Assembly (NCBI GenBank): GCA_963422535.1 | Contig: OY730227.1 | Location: forward strand, 2,655,582-2,719,581 | Direction of reading: 5' to 3' | From: an uncultured Mucilaginibacter sp. | Lineage (GTDB): Bacteria > Bacteroidota > Bacteroidia > Sphingobacteriales > Sphingobacteriaceae | DNA: 64,000 bases | In this document: positions 7,903 through 17,517 of the stretch, in pieces | How the letters are laid out: every line of letters starts with the position of its first letter | Position numbering within the stretch: position 1 is the first letter of the stretch | Notes under the pieces: generated by a model | What the model was told of the DNA's origin: nothing | Database searches by the model: none | The model's input: the letters and a program-made list of their open reading frames with translations, nothing else | Position numbers and translations under genes: made by a program

Positions 7903-8673
7903 TTACCGCATCATCCCCTCATTGGCTGCGCGGATAATATTTTTTACCATTTCGGTTTTGGTTACTTCAATGCTAAACTCATCTACATAGTTGAGCCCCA
8001 TTTTTATATGGTCGTTTTGGTATTGCATCACGCTGCTTACACGCCCTTTGGCCGATGAGTGTATCTGGGTAGCTTTGGTAAAGTGCACCAAATCGGATAC
8101 ATTGCGCTCTTTTATACCACTGCCTGGCATAATGATAATACGGTTGCCCGCTTTTTCTATCAGATGGATTAAATTGGGCGTACCTTCAATGGCTGTGCTT
8201 TTTCCGCCAGATGTTAGCAGACGCTCGCAACCAATTTCAATCACATCTTCTAACGCTTGGCTCAAATCAGGACACATATCAAACGCACGATGGAAGGTAA
8301 CACCAAGTCCAGCTTTTTTAGCCATTTGTGTCAACTCTTTACAACGTTTTTTATCGATAGTGCCATCCGAGTTCAAAATGCCTATTACAATGCCGTCGCA
8401 TTTAGCATCAATGCAATTTTGTACATCGGCTTTCATTATCTCAAACTCGGTATCGGTATATAAAAAATCGCCACCACGTGGGCGAATAAGCACATATAAT
8501 TGGATGTGTAATAATTTACGGGCTACCAGTATTTGCCCATACGAAGGTGTAGTGCCGCCTTCGTTTAAGTTTTCGCATAGTTCAACACGTATAGCACCGC
8601 CTTCTTGTGCTGCTAACGCCGAGGTAACAGAATTGGCGCAAACTTCGAGTTGGATAGTAGTATAATTATTCAT
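7903..8673 (-). CDS. cutC: CutC family protein (TIM barrel)
   Basis: LEVCANSV..A..AQEGGAIRVELC, EGGTTPSYG, IRPRGGDFLY, TFHRAFD and LLTSGG. Likely start is 8673; the ORF track gives 8694. Confidence 0.93.
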   Translation of the reverse strand: MNNYTTIQLEVCANSVTSALAAQEGGAIRVELCENLNEGGTTPSYGQILVARKLLHIQLYVLIRPRGGDFLYTDTEFEIMKADVQNCIDAKCDGIVIGILNSDGTIDKKRCKELTQMAKKAGLGVTFHRAFDMCPDLSQALEDVIEIGCERLLTSGGKSTAIEGTPNLIHLIEKAGNRIIIMPGSGIKERNVSDLVHFTKATQIHSSAKGRVSSVMQYQNDHIKMGLNYVDEFSIEVTKTEMVKNIIRAANEGMMR

Positions 8674-8730
8674 GGTTGATGATAGATAGTTCAATTTTGC
8701 TACTCATGGTAGGTAGCGTTTGTGCCAAAA

Positions 8731-9738
8731 TTAATAAGCACTTTTTCCTTTTACTAATTGTTCTTGGTTATCGGCAGTACACACAGCAAACGAAAAACCG
8801 CTTTGAATAGCATAAGCACCGTACTCGCCTTTTTTGTTGATAGCCAAAAAGCCCACTTGTATTTGTTTGGCTGTTTCGGGTTTCTTTTTGATAATTCTTC
8901 TTACAGCTTCTCTGCAAGCATCTTCGGGCGATAAGCCTTGACGCATCAACTCTACCACCAAAAAGCTACCCACATTGCGTATCACTTCTTCGCCCACACC
9001 TGTTGATGTTGCTCCGCCTACTTCATTATCTACATATAAGCCTGCGCCTATGATAGGGCTATCGCCTACACGCCCGTGCAGTTTAAAAGCCATGCCACTC
9101 GTAGTACACGCGCCCGATATATTGCCTTTGGCATCAATAGCCAGCATACCTATGGTGTCGTGATTGTATTGATTACCCGGAACGTGTTGTTTGTTTTCGA
9201 TATTCATTACAGGGCTATATTTGGCAGTTTTGAGCCACTCTTTCCATGCCTTTTCCGATTCCTCACACAAAAGTTTTTCGCGCTTAAAACCTTGCTCTAC
9301 AGCAAACTGACTTGCTCCTTCGCCAACTAACATTACGTGCGGCGTTTTCTCCATCACCAAACGTGCTACTGATATAGGATGTGCAATATCTTCCATTGCC
9401 GCCACTGAGCCACAATTGCCAAACTCGTCCATAATACAGGCATCGAGTGTTACGTGCCCATCTCTATCAGGATAGCCAGCTCTACCCACGGTATGGTTTT
9501 TCATATCCGCTTCGGGTATTCTCACTCCAGCTTCTACCGCATCCACAGCCCGCCCGCCTTTTTTCAGCACTTCCCAAGCACCTTTATTGGCTGCTATGCC
9601 AAAATCCCAAGTAGAAATTACAATAGGAAGATTGCCACTCGGTTTTAGTGCTAATGTTTTGGCTACTGCCGAGCGCGACAAAGCCGCAAGTGATGCACCT
9701 GCAGCTGATATTTTGATAAATTTGCGGCGATTATACAT
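8731..9738 (-). CDS. N4-(beta-N-acetylglucosaminyl)-L-asparaginase (glycosylasparaginase, Ntn hydrolase) with a Tat signal
   Basis: RRKFIK twin-arginine motif; autocleavage site HD/TIG; GRVGDSPIIGAG and ATSTGVGE. Confidence 0.92.
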   Translation of the reverse strand: MYNRRKFIKISAAGASLAALSRSAVAKTLALKPSGNLPIVISTWDFGIAANKGAWEVLKKGGRAVDAVEAGVRIPEADMKNHTVGRAGYPDRDGHVTLDACIMDEFGNCGSVAAMEDIAHPISVARLVMEKTPHVMLVGEGASQFAVEQGFKREKLLCEESEKAWKEWLKTAKYSPVMNIENKQHVPGNQYNHDTIGMLAIDAKGNISGACTTSGMAFKLHGRVGDSPIIGAGLYVDNEVGGATSTGVGEEVIRNVGSFLVVELMRQGLSPEDACREAVRRIIKKKPETAKQIQVGFLAINKKGEYGAYAIQSGFSFAVCTADNQEQLVKGKSAY

Positions 9739-9783
9739 GACCGCTAATATAGAAAGTTTGAACCGATATTAACAGTGTGTTAA

Positions 9784-10212
9784 CTACTTTCCTGCGGTTT
9801 GCATTAATGGGCGAACTTCTACACTTCCACCAAACTCAAATATGGGGCATTTACTCGCTATGGCTTTAGCATCGTCTATATCATTAGCCTTAATAATCAA
9901 TATCGAACTCATCAATTCGCCATTGGCTACATAAGCTCCTTTTTTAACGGTTTTGTCAGTACCACTTATGGTTTCGCCGTCATTAGTAGGGCGATACCCG
10001 CTTACTATATTGCCGTTTTTTGCCAAATTGCCCATGTACTCCATCCATTTTTTAATATTGGCTTGCATGGCTTCAGTTGATGGCTGCGGTGCTGCAATAT
10101 TGTAGCGAATAACAAATATGTATTGCGATTGTGTAGGTGCTTTTGCTTGGTCTTGGGCAAATAATGCAGTCCCTGCAAATAAAAGTAATGTTAAAAGAAT
10201 GATTTTTTTCAT
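9784..10212 (-). CDS. YCII-related domain protein with a signal peptide
   Basis: LFA-Q signal; C-terminal DAKAIASKCP..GGSVEVRP typical of the YciI/DGPF family. Confidence 0.8.
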   Translation of the reverse strand: MKKIILLTLLLFAGTALFAQDQAKAPTQSQYIFVIRYNIAAPQPSTEAMQANIKKWMEYMGNLAKNGNIVSGYRPTNDGETISGTDKTVKKGAYVANGELMSSILIIKANDIDDAKAIASKCPIFEFGGSVEVRPLMQTAGK

Positions 10213-10457
10213 GACGTTTCTTCTAAGTTTTCGTTGTCGGTTTTTTCAGCAGCTATTGTTTCGCATTGCTCCAAATCGCGTGCAAATATTTTCAACTTAA
10301 TGCCGCCTATAGCTTGGTTATAGGGTGCCATTACGCCCATGTTTTGGTCGGTTATAAAGCAGTGGATACCCCTATCTTCAAACTTGGTGCGCATAATTTG
10401 CGCTTGCATTGGGTCGTAGTAAGTAGCAAATGTGATGATATCGTCTTCTTTTTGCAT
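10209..10457 (-). CDS. DUF2007 domain protein
   Basis: A.IMRTKFEDRGIHCFITDQN...GGIKLKI pattern; 4-nt overlap with the downstream gene. Confidence 0.8.
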   Translation of the reverse strand: MQKEDDIITFATYYDPMQAQIMRTKFEDRGIHCFITDQNMGVMAPYNQAIGGIKLKIFARDLEQCETIAAEKTDNENLEETS

Positions 10458-10531
10458 AGCTAATAAATAATTTACGCTTGATAGTAATCTTATCCAAAAA
10501 TGAGAAATTGTTTTGGTTAATTTGAATAATT

Positions 10532-11479
10532 ATGAATCGGATTGATCGCATCGCAGCTATACTCATTCAACTTCAATCGCGAAGGGTGGTAAAAGCGAGT
10601 GATATTGCCGAACGGTTTGGTATCAGCTTACGCACCGTTTACCGTGATATTAAAACCTTAGAAGAAGCAGGCGTGCCATTAATAGGCGAGGCAGGAGTAG
10701 GGTATGCTATTATGGATGGCTATCGATTGCCGCCCGTGATGTTTACACGCGATGAGGCAGCAGCTTTTTTGACCGCCGAGAAGCTGATGGAGAAACTAAC
10801 CGACCCTTTATCTGATGAAAACTATAAATCGGCGATGTATAAAATTCGCTCAGTATTGCGCGCCACCGATAAAGATTTTTTAGAAAACATCGATGGGCAT
10901 ATCGAAGTTTTTAAAAGTAGGCGTACATCGGGGAGTAATCAGCTTCATCTTAATCCATTACAATTGATTTTGAATAGCATTGCACACAAAAATGTAGTGG
11001 AGATAAGTTACTTTGCCTCATCAACCCAAACCGAAAGCAAACGCTGTATTGAACCAGTAGGTGTTTTTTATCAAGATAATTATTGGCACTTGATAGCTTG
11101 GTGCAGGTTGCGAAATGATTATCGCGATTTTAGGCTCGACCGTATTTTGAATATTACTCTTACTGCTGAATATTTTAGCACACAACACCCCAATCTAAAG
11201 GAGTTTATTAAAAAAGAAGCGAAAGAGAAAAACCTGCAAACCGTAATCATACGTGTCGAGAAAAAGGCATTGCCCTATATCAATGAGCAGAAGTATTACA
11301 CCGGTTTCGTATCAGAACAAGAGATGGGCGACGAGGTAGAAATGACTTTCTTAACCGAGTTTATAGAGGGTTTTGTGCGCTGGTTGCTGATGTATGGCGA
11401 TATGGCAAAAGTGATTAGTCCTGATAGTTTAAGAGTGCGGGTTAAAGAATTGGCGAGTATTATCTATCAAAAACATTAA
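10532..11479 (+). CDS. YafY-family HTH_11-WYL-WCX transcriptional regulator
   Basis: MNRIDRIAAIL, SLRTVYRDIKTL, GVGY and WHLIAWCRLRNDYRDFRLDRI (WYL domain). Confidence 0.93.
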   Translation: MNRIDRIAAILIQLQSRRVVKASDIAERFGISLRTVYRDIKTLEEAGVPLIGEAGVGYAIMDGYRLPPVMFTRDEAAAFLTAEKLMEKLTDPLSDENYKSAMYKIRSVLRATDKDFLENIDGHIEVFKSRRTSGSNQLHLNPLQLILNSIAHKNVVEISYFASSTQTESKRCIEPVGVFYQDNYWHLIAWCRLRNDYRDFRLDRILNITLTAEYFSTQHPNLKEFIKKEAKEKNLQTVIIRVEKKALPYINEQKYYTGFVSEQEMGDEVEMTFLTEFIEGFVRWLLMYGDMAKVISPDSLRVRVKELASIIYQKH

Positions 11480-11494
11480 TAATTTATTTCCTGC

Positions 11495-11510
11495 TGACAT
11501 AGGGTTGTCA
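11495..11510. promoter_or_regulatory. Palindrome TGACA-N6-TGTCA upstream of the SRPBCC gene (candidate WYL-regulator operator)
   Basis: TGACATAGGGTTGTCA lies 15 nt after the WYL stop and 42 nt before the next ATG. Confidence 0.55.
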
Positions 11511-11552
11511 TTACGAGGTGGTTGATTTGTGTAAATAATCAAATCAATCAAT

Positions 11553-11972
11553 ATGGAAATCTTAAACATTTCAATAAACTTAAATGCCAGTATGGGCAAA
11601 GTTTGGCAAGCATTAACAGATGCAAGCATAGTAAAGCAATATTTTTTCGGCACTAATTTAACTTCAGATTGGAAAGTAGGCAACCCCATAGTTTTTGAAG
11701 GAGAGTGGGAGGGAAGGGCATATAAAGACCAAGGCATTATCCTCGAAATTGAAACAGGGAAGTATGTAAAGTATAGCTATTTCAGCTCCATGTCGGGCAT
11801 GGAGAATAAGCCCGAAAATTATGTTAATATCAGTTATCATTTATCCGAAAAAGATGGCGCAACGCAATTAATAATCACTCAAGATGGTATTAAAGATAAA
11901 GCATTGAAAGAGCATGCCGAACAAACTTGGTTGTATGTATTAGGTAAAATGAAGGAGCTAATAGAAGAATAA
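11553..11972 (+). CDS. SRPBCC/AHSA1 (START-like) domain protein
   Basis: KVWQALTD....QYFFG..SDWKVG..EGEWEG; TWLYVLGKMKELIE. Confidence 0.88.
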   Translation: MEILNISINLNASMGKVWQALTDASIVKQYFFGTNLTSDWKVGNPIVFEGEWEGRAYKDQGIILEIETGKYVKYSYFSSMSGMENKPENYVNISYHLSEKDGATQLIITQDGIKDKALKEHAEQTWLYVLGKMKELIEE

Positions 11973-12051
11973 TCTATTTAAACTATTAATATATATAAAT
12001 GGTATAATAATTTGATTAATAATTAACTGTAAATCAATATAACTAAAGGTA

Positions 12052-12525
12052 ATGAGCGATTTAATGGATTTTAGACAGGAAAATATTGGGCAGTTTTATG
12101 TTATGGGCGTCTCGACACGCACCACAAATGCAGGTGGGCAATCGCAAAAAGATATAGGAGATTTATGGGCTAAGTTTATGTCTGATAATATTTCCGAGCG
12201 TATGAGCAATAAACTATCAGAAGATATATATTGTGTTTACACCGAGTATGAAAGTGATTATACGGGATGCTATACTGTGATTATAGGTTATAAGGTAGCA
12301 CACGCTGATATAGTACCCGATGGGCTTGTTGTTGCTCCAATTAAAAAGGGTAAATATCAGATATATTCACCACAGGGTAAATTCCCTGATAGTGTAATAA
12401 CCACTTGGATACATATATGGCAAAGTGATATAGATAGAAATTATACTACCGATTTTGATTGCTATAAAGCAGGGGCATTAAGTTTTGAAGATACCAAAGC
12501 AGAGGTGTATATAGCAGTAAAATAA
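12052..12525 (+). CDS. GyrI-like effector-binding domain protein
   Basis: GVSTRTTNA..DIGDLWAKF, IYCVYTEYESDYTG, W.HIW and R.YTTDF. Confidence 0.88.
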   Translation: MSDLMDFRQENIGQFYVMGVSTRTTNAGGQSQKDIGDLWAKFMSDNISERMSNKLSEDIYCVYTEYESDYTGCYTVIIGYKVAHADIVPDGLVVAPIKKGKYQIYSPQGKFPDSVITTWIHIWQSDIDRNYTTDFDCYKAGALSFEDTKAEVYIAVK

Positions 12526-12540
12526 TACGCTATAAAGGCA

Positions 12541-13875
12541 TTATCTATTAAAAGTCAATCTTTTGCCAATATTACCTTCAATAATACTTCCATTATGATA
12601 GGCTAAATTGCCTGATACTATGGTACTCATGACTTTTGATTTGAAGTTTGTACCTTCAAAAGGGCTCCATTTGCATTTGTAAAGCAAATTGTTTTTATCA
12701 ACTGTCCACGCATTGTTTAAATCAACCAATACTAAATCGGCATGATACCCTTCACGAATAAACCCTCGCTTTTCTATTTGAAAGCAAATAGCCACGTTGT
12801 GCGCCATTTTTTCAACTATTTGAGCGAGGTTTATTTTATTTTGATGATACAACTCAAGCATAGCAGGCAAAGCGTGCTGCACCAATGGCCCACCCGATGG
12901 TGCTTGCAAATAAGCTTGTGCTTTTTCTTCGATGGTATGCGGTGCATGGTCGGTAGCAATCACATCAATACGCCCATCTAATACAGCTTTTAAAATGCCA
13001 TCCCTATCGCTTTCTTTTTTAATAGCAGGATTCCATTTTATAAAGTTGCCTTTAGTGGCATAATCTTTATCGCTAAACCATAAATGATGAACGCAGGCCT
13101 CGGCAGTTATTCGTTTGTCTTTTAGTGGGGTATGGTTATCAAAAAGATGCGTTTCGCGCGCTGTTGATATATGTAAAATATGCAGGCGAGTATTGTGCTT
13201 TTTAGCTAATTCAACTGCCATTGACGAAGATAAATAACAGGCTTCTTCGCTCCTGATAATGGGGTGCATATCAATCGTAATATTATCGCCCAATGTTTGC
13301 TTGTATTGAGTAGCGTTCTGTTTGATGGTAGCCTCATCTTCGCAATGCACGGCTATCAGCATAGGCGATTGGGCAAAAATGTGATCCAACGTGATAGGAT
13401 TATCCACCAACATATTGCCTGTTGATGAGCCCATGAAAATTTTTATTCCGCAAACGTTATTGGTGTCGGTTTTTAATACTTCTTCTAAATTGTCATTAGA
13501 AGCACCCATATAAAACGAGTAGTTAGCCAGTGAGTTATGAGTTGCTATTTGATACTTTTGTTCAAGTAAATCTTGCGTTAAAGTATTCGGAACAGTATTG
13601 GGCATCTCCATAAACGAGGTAATACCACCTGCTACTGCCGCTCTCGATTCGGTATATATATCGCCTTTATGAGTTAAGCCGGGCTCTCTGAAATGCACTT
13701 GGTCATCAATACAACCGGGTAATAAATGTAAGCCTTCGGCATTAATTACCTTATCAGCCGTGGCATCAATTTGTGTGTCTATCCGCTCAATCAAGCCGTC
13801 TTTTATCAATACATCGCTGATGTATTCACGGTTTTCATTTACAATAGTGGCTGCTTTTATGAGAATAGACGACAT
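12541..13875 (-). CDS. pyrC: Dihydroorotase (type I)
   Basis: IDDQVHFREPG, EMPNT, IAVHCED, HILHIST, KWNP and IATDHAPH. Confidence 0.93.
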   Translation of the reverse strand: MSSILIKAATIVNENREYISDVLIKDGLIERIDTQIDATADKVINAEGLHLLPGCIDDQVHFREPGLTHKGDIYTESRAAVAGGITSFMEMPNTVPNTLTQDLLEQKYQIATHNSLANYSFYMGASNDNLEEVLKTDTNNVCGIKIFMGSSTGNMLVDNPITLDHIFAQSPMLIAVHCEDEATIKQNATQYKQTLGDNITIDMHPIIRSEEACYLSSSMAVELAKKHNTRLHILHISTARETHLFDNHTPLKDKRITAEACVHHLWFSDKDYATKGNFIKWNPAIKKESDRDGILKAVLDGRIDVIATDHAPHTIEEKAQAYLQAPSGGPLVQHALPAMLELYHQNKINLAQIVEKMAHNVAICFQIEKRGFIREGYHADLVLVDLNNAWTVDKNNLLYKCKWSPFEGTNFKSKVMSTIVSGNLAYHNGSIIEGNIGKRLTFNR

Positions 13876-13974
13876 AATATTGTTTCGGAGTTTTAATACG
13901 TTACAAATTTAAGATATATAAATCCAAAATATTCAACAGATGTACAATTTATGACGTGAGCCGAGTAGATAAAA

Positions 13975-14011
13975 CAAGTAAGGCTTCCCGATATGGAGAA
14001 GCCTATACTTG
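13975..14011 (-). terminator. Probable terminator of the receiver-HEAT-GT2-LtaS operon
   Basis: caagta-aggcttc / gaagcct-atacttg stem just after the stop at 14029, with an A-run on the + strand left of it (U-tract on the - strand). Confidence 0.55.
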
Positions 14012-14028
14012 CAGATGTCTGTTTATGA

Positions 14029-16080
14029 TTATCGCCTTTTACTAGGAGTATAATGCTGGTGAATAGTATCGGGGATGATATAATTCCCTGTACTGATTTG
14101 TGTGTTTCGCTTTTTAAATTGGTCGAAAGCGTTTTTTAGTTGGTTAGCTTTTTCGTCATCATGTATCGGGTCTTCACCCAATTCGCCATTGAGTTTAAAT
14201 AGATTGTCGCCGTTCAGATGATATTCGCCCATAATGAAATCGATAATATCGGTCTTGGTTTGCATCAATGGGTAGTTGTGTATATTTTGGAAATTTCGAG
14301 CAGTATCTAATCCTTGCCCCATCCAACTTACCAACGAAGGTCCTTTGGTTTTGAAATTGTGATGCAAATAGGAAAGCAAACTCGGACTAATATCAAAATG
14401 TGTTGATACTGATGATATTTGTGCAGAGCGTTTCAGCATTGGCGAATAAACAATGAGTGGCACATGGTAACGGTCTATTTTATCACTCATCGGTATTTCG
14501 GGCATACGGTGGTCGCCTGTTATCAAGAAAATAGTATTGTTAAAATCAGCACGTTTTTTGTAATTATTGATAAACCCACGCAAAGCATCATCTAAGTATA
14601 AAATACTTGCATATTGCAATTTGTAGTTACGATACTCGTTCTTTTTAGCATCATCAAAACCAAGTTTAGTCATCCTATCCTCAAACTGTTTTAGGTATTT
14701 ATCTTCCTCGTTTATCGCAAACGGATTGTGAGTTGATACCGTAAGTACAACACTTAGCTGAGGCATGGTAGCTTTTTCATCTCTGGTTACTAAGTAATGA
14801 CGGAATAACTCTTTGTCGTTATACCCCCACGAAAAGCCATTTGGTGCAGGCAAACGTACGTATCCTGCTGGGAATGATTTTTCGTCATTTAGCTCGTCAA
14901 CGGCATTCATTTGCAAAAAGGTTTTCATGTTGTCGAACTTTGCATCGCCACCGTAGTAGAATGAGGTATGATAGCCATTGTATTTTAAAAGACTTAGCAA
15001 CGATAAATGCTTAGGCATACCATCTCCTAGCCCTAAGAAACCATTTTTTGCAAATGGTAACGAACCTAATACCGATGGTAGCACGGCAAAAGTACGACCA
15101 CCTTCGCTCAAAAAGTTTTTCCAGTATAAGCTTTTGTTTGATAGCGAATCAATAAATGGAGTGAAATTGCCCAAATATGCGCCTTCGTTTGTAAATGCTC
15201 TACCCAAACCTTCAACCAATACAATCACAATGTTTGGTGGTGTCGAACCACTTTTTATAAATGGCGATAACACATCGTTCACACTATCACTATGTAAAAA
15301 TGGATAATGCTCAGGGTCGGTATATTTAAAGCCAATTGCTTTTGCCTTGTTCGAGTCGCCATAATCGTTGATATAGCTATCGGCATAAATATCAATATCA
15401 TCAGGTCCTGGGAAGAAATGCTTGTAAGATGCTGTCCAAAAGAAATCAGATTTATTAATAACTAAATTGTTTGAAAAATCGGATTTGAAGCTGGAATGAC
15501 CAATAAGAGCTTGCCCGCCAATTATTACAAATAGGAGCGAGCCCACAACTAAACAGGTAGCCCCATATTTTTTTACCCTCATGCGTGGGGCTACACGCCA
15601 CACCGCCACAAAAGTACAAGCCAGTATAAAAAAGAAACCAATAAGCGAAATAGCACTTACGCCTGATGCACCTACGGTTTGCTTAATATCTTTAATGGAG
15701 TAGCTATACAAATCGGCACCAAGCGGTACTAATGAGGTAGTAAAATAGCTTACCAAACTCACTTGAATGACTGCCGCCAAAATGATGAAGATTGAAAATA
15801 CTATCCATGCAATTTTTTGCGAAATCCAGTTGAGTATGGCATATATAACAAAAAGATATATTTGGCATTTGAGCCAAAAAGTCAAATCGTTTAATAGCAT
15901 CCAAAATATAGTACTACCAATGTTTTTTGGGAATTGGTGTGCAATGCCATTATAAGTAAGCTCAAATAAGCTCAAAATAAAAATGAGCATTAACCATACG
16001 AGCGAAAGCTTGGTAAATAATATACTTGCTAAGGTATATTTTAGCGAGAACTTTCTTTTTCGAGTTATTTTTTCTTCCAT
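14029..16080 (-). CDS. LTA synthase (LtaS/OpgB)-family membrane phosphotransferase (sulfatase fold)
   Basis: About 5 N-terminal TM segments; VLVEGLG, catalytic-Thr-like GGRT, VSTHNPF and GDH metal ligands. Confidence 0.85.
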   Translation of the reverse strand: MEEKITRKRKFSLKYTLASILFTKLSLVWLMLIFILSLFELTYNGIAHQFPKNIGSTIFWMLLNDLTFWLKCQIYLFVIYAILNWISQKIAWIVFSIFIILAAVIQVSLVSYFTTSLVPLGADLYSYSIKDIKQTVGASGVSAISLIGFFFILACTFVAVWRVAPRMRVKKYGATCLVVGSLLFVIIGGQALIGHSSFKSDFSNNLVINKSDFFWTASYKHFFPGPDDIDIYADSYINDYGDSNKAKAIGFKYTDPEHYPFLHSDSVNDVLSPFIKSGSTPPNIVIVLVEGLGRAFTNEGAYLGNFTPFIDSLSNKSLYWKNFLSEGGRTFAVLPSVLGSLPFAKNGFLGLGDGMPKHLSLLSLLKYNGYHTSFYYGGDAKFDNMKTFLQMNAVDELNDEKSFPAGYVRLPAPNGFSWGYNDKELFRHYLVTRDEKATMPQLSVVLTVSTHNPFAINEEDKYLKQFEDRMTKLGFDDAKKNEYRNYKLQYASILYLDDALRGFINNYKKRADFNNTIFLITGDHRMPEIPMSDKIDRYHVPLIVYSPMLKRSAQISSVSTHFDISPSLLSYLHHNFKTKGPSLVSWMGQGLDTARNFQNIHNYPLMQTKTDIIDFIMGEYHLNGDNLFKLNGELGEDPIHDDEKANQLKNAFDQFKKRNTQISTGNYIIPDTIHQHYTPSKRR

Positions 16081-16092
16081 CTTCCTTGTCTT

Positions 16093-17517
16093 TTATACTT
16101 TTTTATCTGCAGCAAAACCTTGTCTAGTCATTTCGCCCCAGCTATTGCGTTTCCTTATCAAATCGATATTTCCCCTTATTGCCGAGAATACTACAAACGG
16201 GTGGAATATGATAGGCTCTAAAATGGCTACTAATACTAGCCGTAAAATATCTTTTGTGTTTTTGTATTGATTATAGGTTATCACTTCCATCAGGATAGCG
16301 AAAATGGAGTATAATATACCCACACTTATTACCCCTACTATGATGAGTAAAGCCGAATAATTGAGCTGCCCTGCTAAACAATAGATGATAAGCCCTATTG
16401 TACCCAAGAATTCAATAATAGGTGCTAAAAATTCAAAAAACAACCAATAAGGATAGCTAAGCATGCCCATTAAACCATAATTGGGATTGAAGAACATTTT
16501 TCTATGAAAGCGTAGCGTTTCAATAGTTCCTCTTGTCCAACGGTTACGTTGCCTGCCTAATATTTTAAATGTAGTAGGAGCTTCTGTCCAGCACAATGGG
16601 TCGGGTATAAAACTTACCTTATATGGTTCGCCAAGCTCTTCCATATATCTACGCATCCGCACTACCAGTTCCATATCCTCACCTACGGTATCGGGGTTGT
16701 ATCCACCGCAATTAATCACTACTTCACGATCAAATGCACCAAATGCACCCGATATAAGTAGCAATCCGTTTAAGCGTGTCCAAGCCATACGACTTAGCAA
16801 AAAAGCACGTATATATTCAAGTGTTTGTATGCGGGGTAAAAACTTTTTAGGCAAATTTACTTTTACAAGTTTGCCATCTTCTATTTCGCAACTATTGGCT
16901 ATCCGCACCACACCACCCGAAGCAATTACTCTGTGTGTGGCGTTTTCTAAGAAAGGCTTGGCTAGTTTCAGTAACGAATCTTGCTCCAAAACACAATCCA
17001 CATCAATACATACATAATAATTGTTTTGACCAATGTTGATACCCACATTTAAGGCATCGGCTTTGCCACCATTCTCTTTATCAACCACTATAAGTTTACG
17101 ATAAACAGGATTGTAGCTTTTATAAACACCTCTTACTTTTTTTGTTTTGATACGCTCGTTTACAAAATAATCTACCTTATGCAGGTCGTATGCTTTAATT
17201 AATTTTTCGAGCGAATCGTCTTTACTCCCATCGTTTATGATAATTACTTCCAGTTTATTATAATGTAGCGAAAGCAAGGAGCGCACGTTTTCGATGATAG
17301 ACGAGCCTTCGTTATAGGCTGGTGCGAGAATACTAAAACTCGGCAACTCATCCGAAGATGCTAGCACGCGATAATCGGTAAAGCTATTTTTATGTAAGTA
17401 ACGGCGCGTTTCGCTAATAGAAAATATACCTATTAATATATAACAGGTCATTAACAACAACGAATACAGCAATATGCCGTAAGTAAATATGTGTAATATA
17501 AACGTTTGCCAACTCAT
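16093..17517 (-). CDS. Processive GT2 glycosyltransferase, PgaC/IcaA-like
   Basis: PAYNE, DGSKD, GGKADALN, CIDVD (DxD), GEDMEL (TED-like) and RQRNRW (QxxRW); TM helices at both termini. Confidence 0.9.
   Translation of the reverse strand: MSWQTFILHIFTYGILLYSLLLMTCYILIGIFSISETRRYLHKNSFTDYRVLASSDELPSFSILAPAYNEGSSIIENVRSLLSLHYNKLEVIIINDGSKDDSLEKLIKAYDLHKVDYFVNERIKTKKVRGVYKSYNPVYRKLIVVDKENGGKADALNVGINIGQNNYYVCIDVDCVLEQDSLLKLAKPFLENATHRVIASGGVVRIANSCEIEDGKLVKVNLPKKFLPRIQTLEYIRAFLLSRMAWTRLNGLLLISGAFGAFDREVVINCGGYNPDTVGEDMELVVRMRRYMEELGEPYKVSFIPDPLCWTEAPTTFKILGRQRNRWTRGTIETLRFHRKMFFNPNYGLMGMLSYPYWLFFEFLAPIIEFLGTIGLIIYCLAGQLNYSALLIIVGVISVGILYSIFAILMEVITYNQYKNTKDILRLVLVAILEPIIFHPFVVFSAIRGNIDLIRKRNSWGEMTRQGFAADKKV

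Noticed and set aside
7991-8665. 224-aa + strand ORF
   Set aside because: Antisense shadow of cutC with no recognisable motifs.
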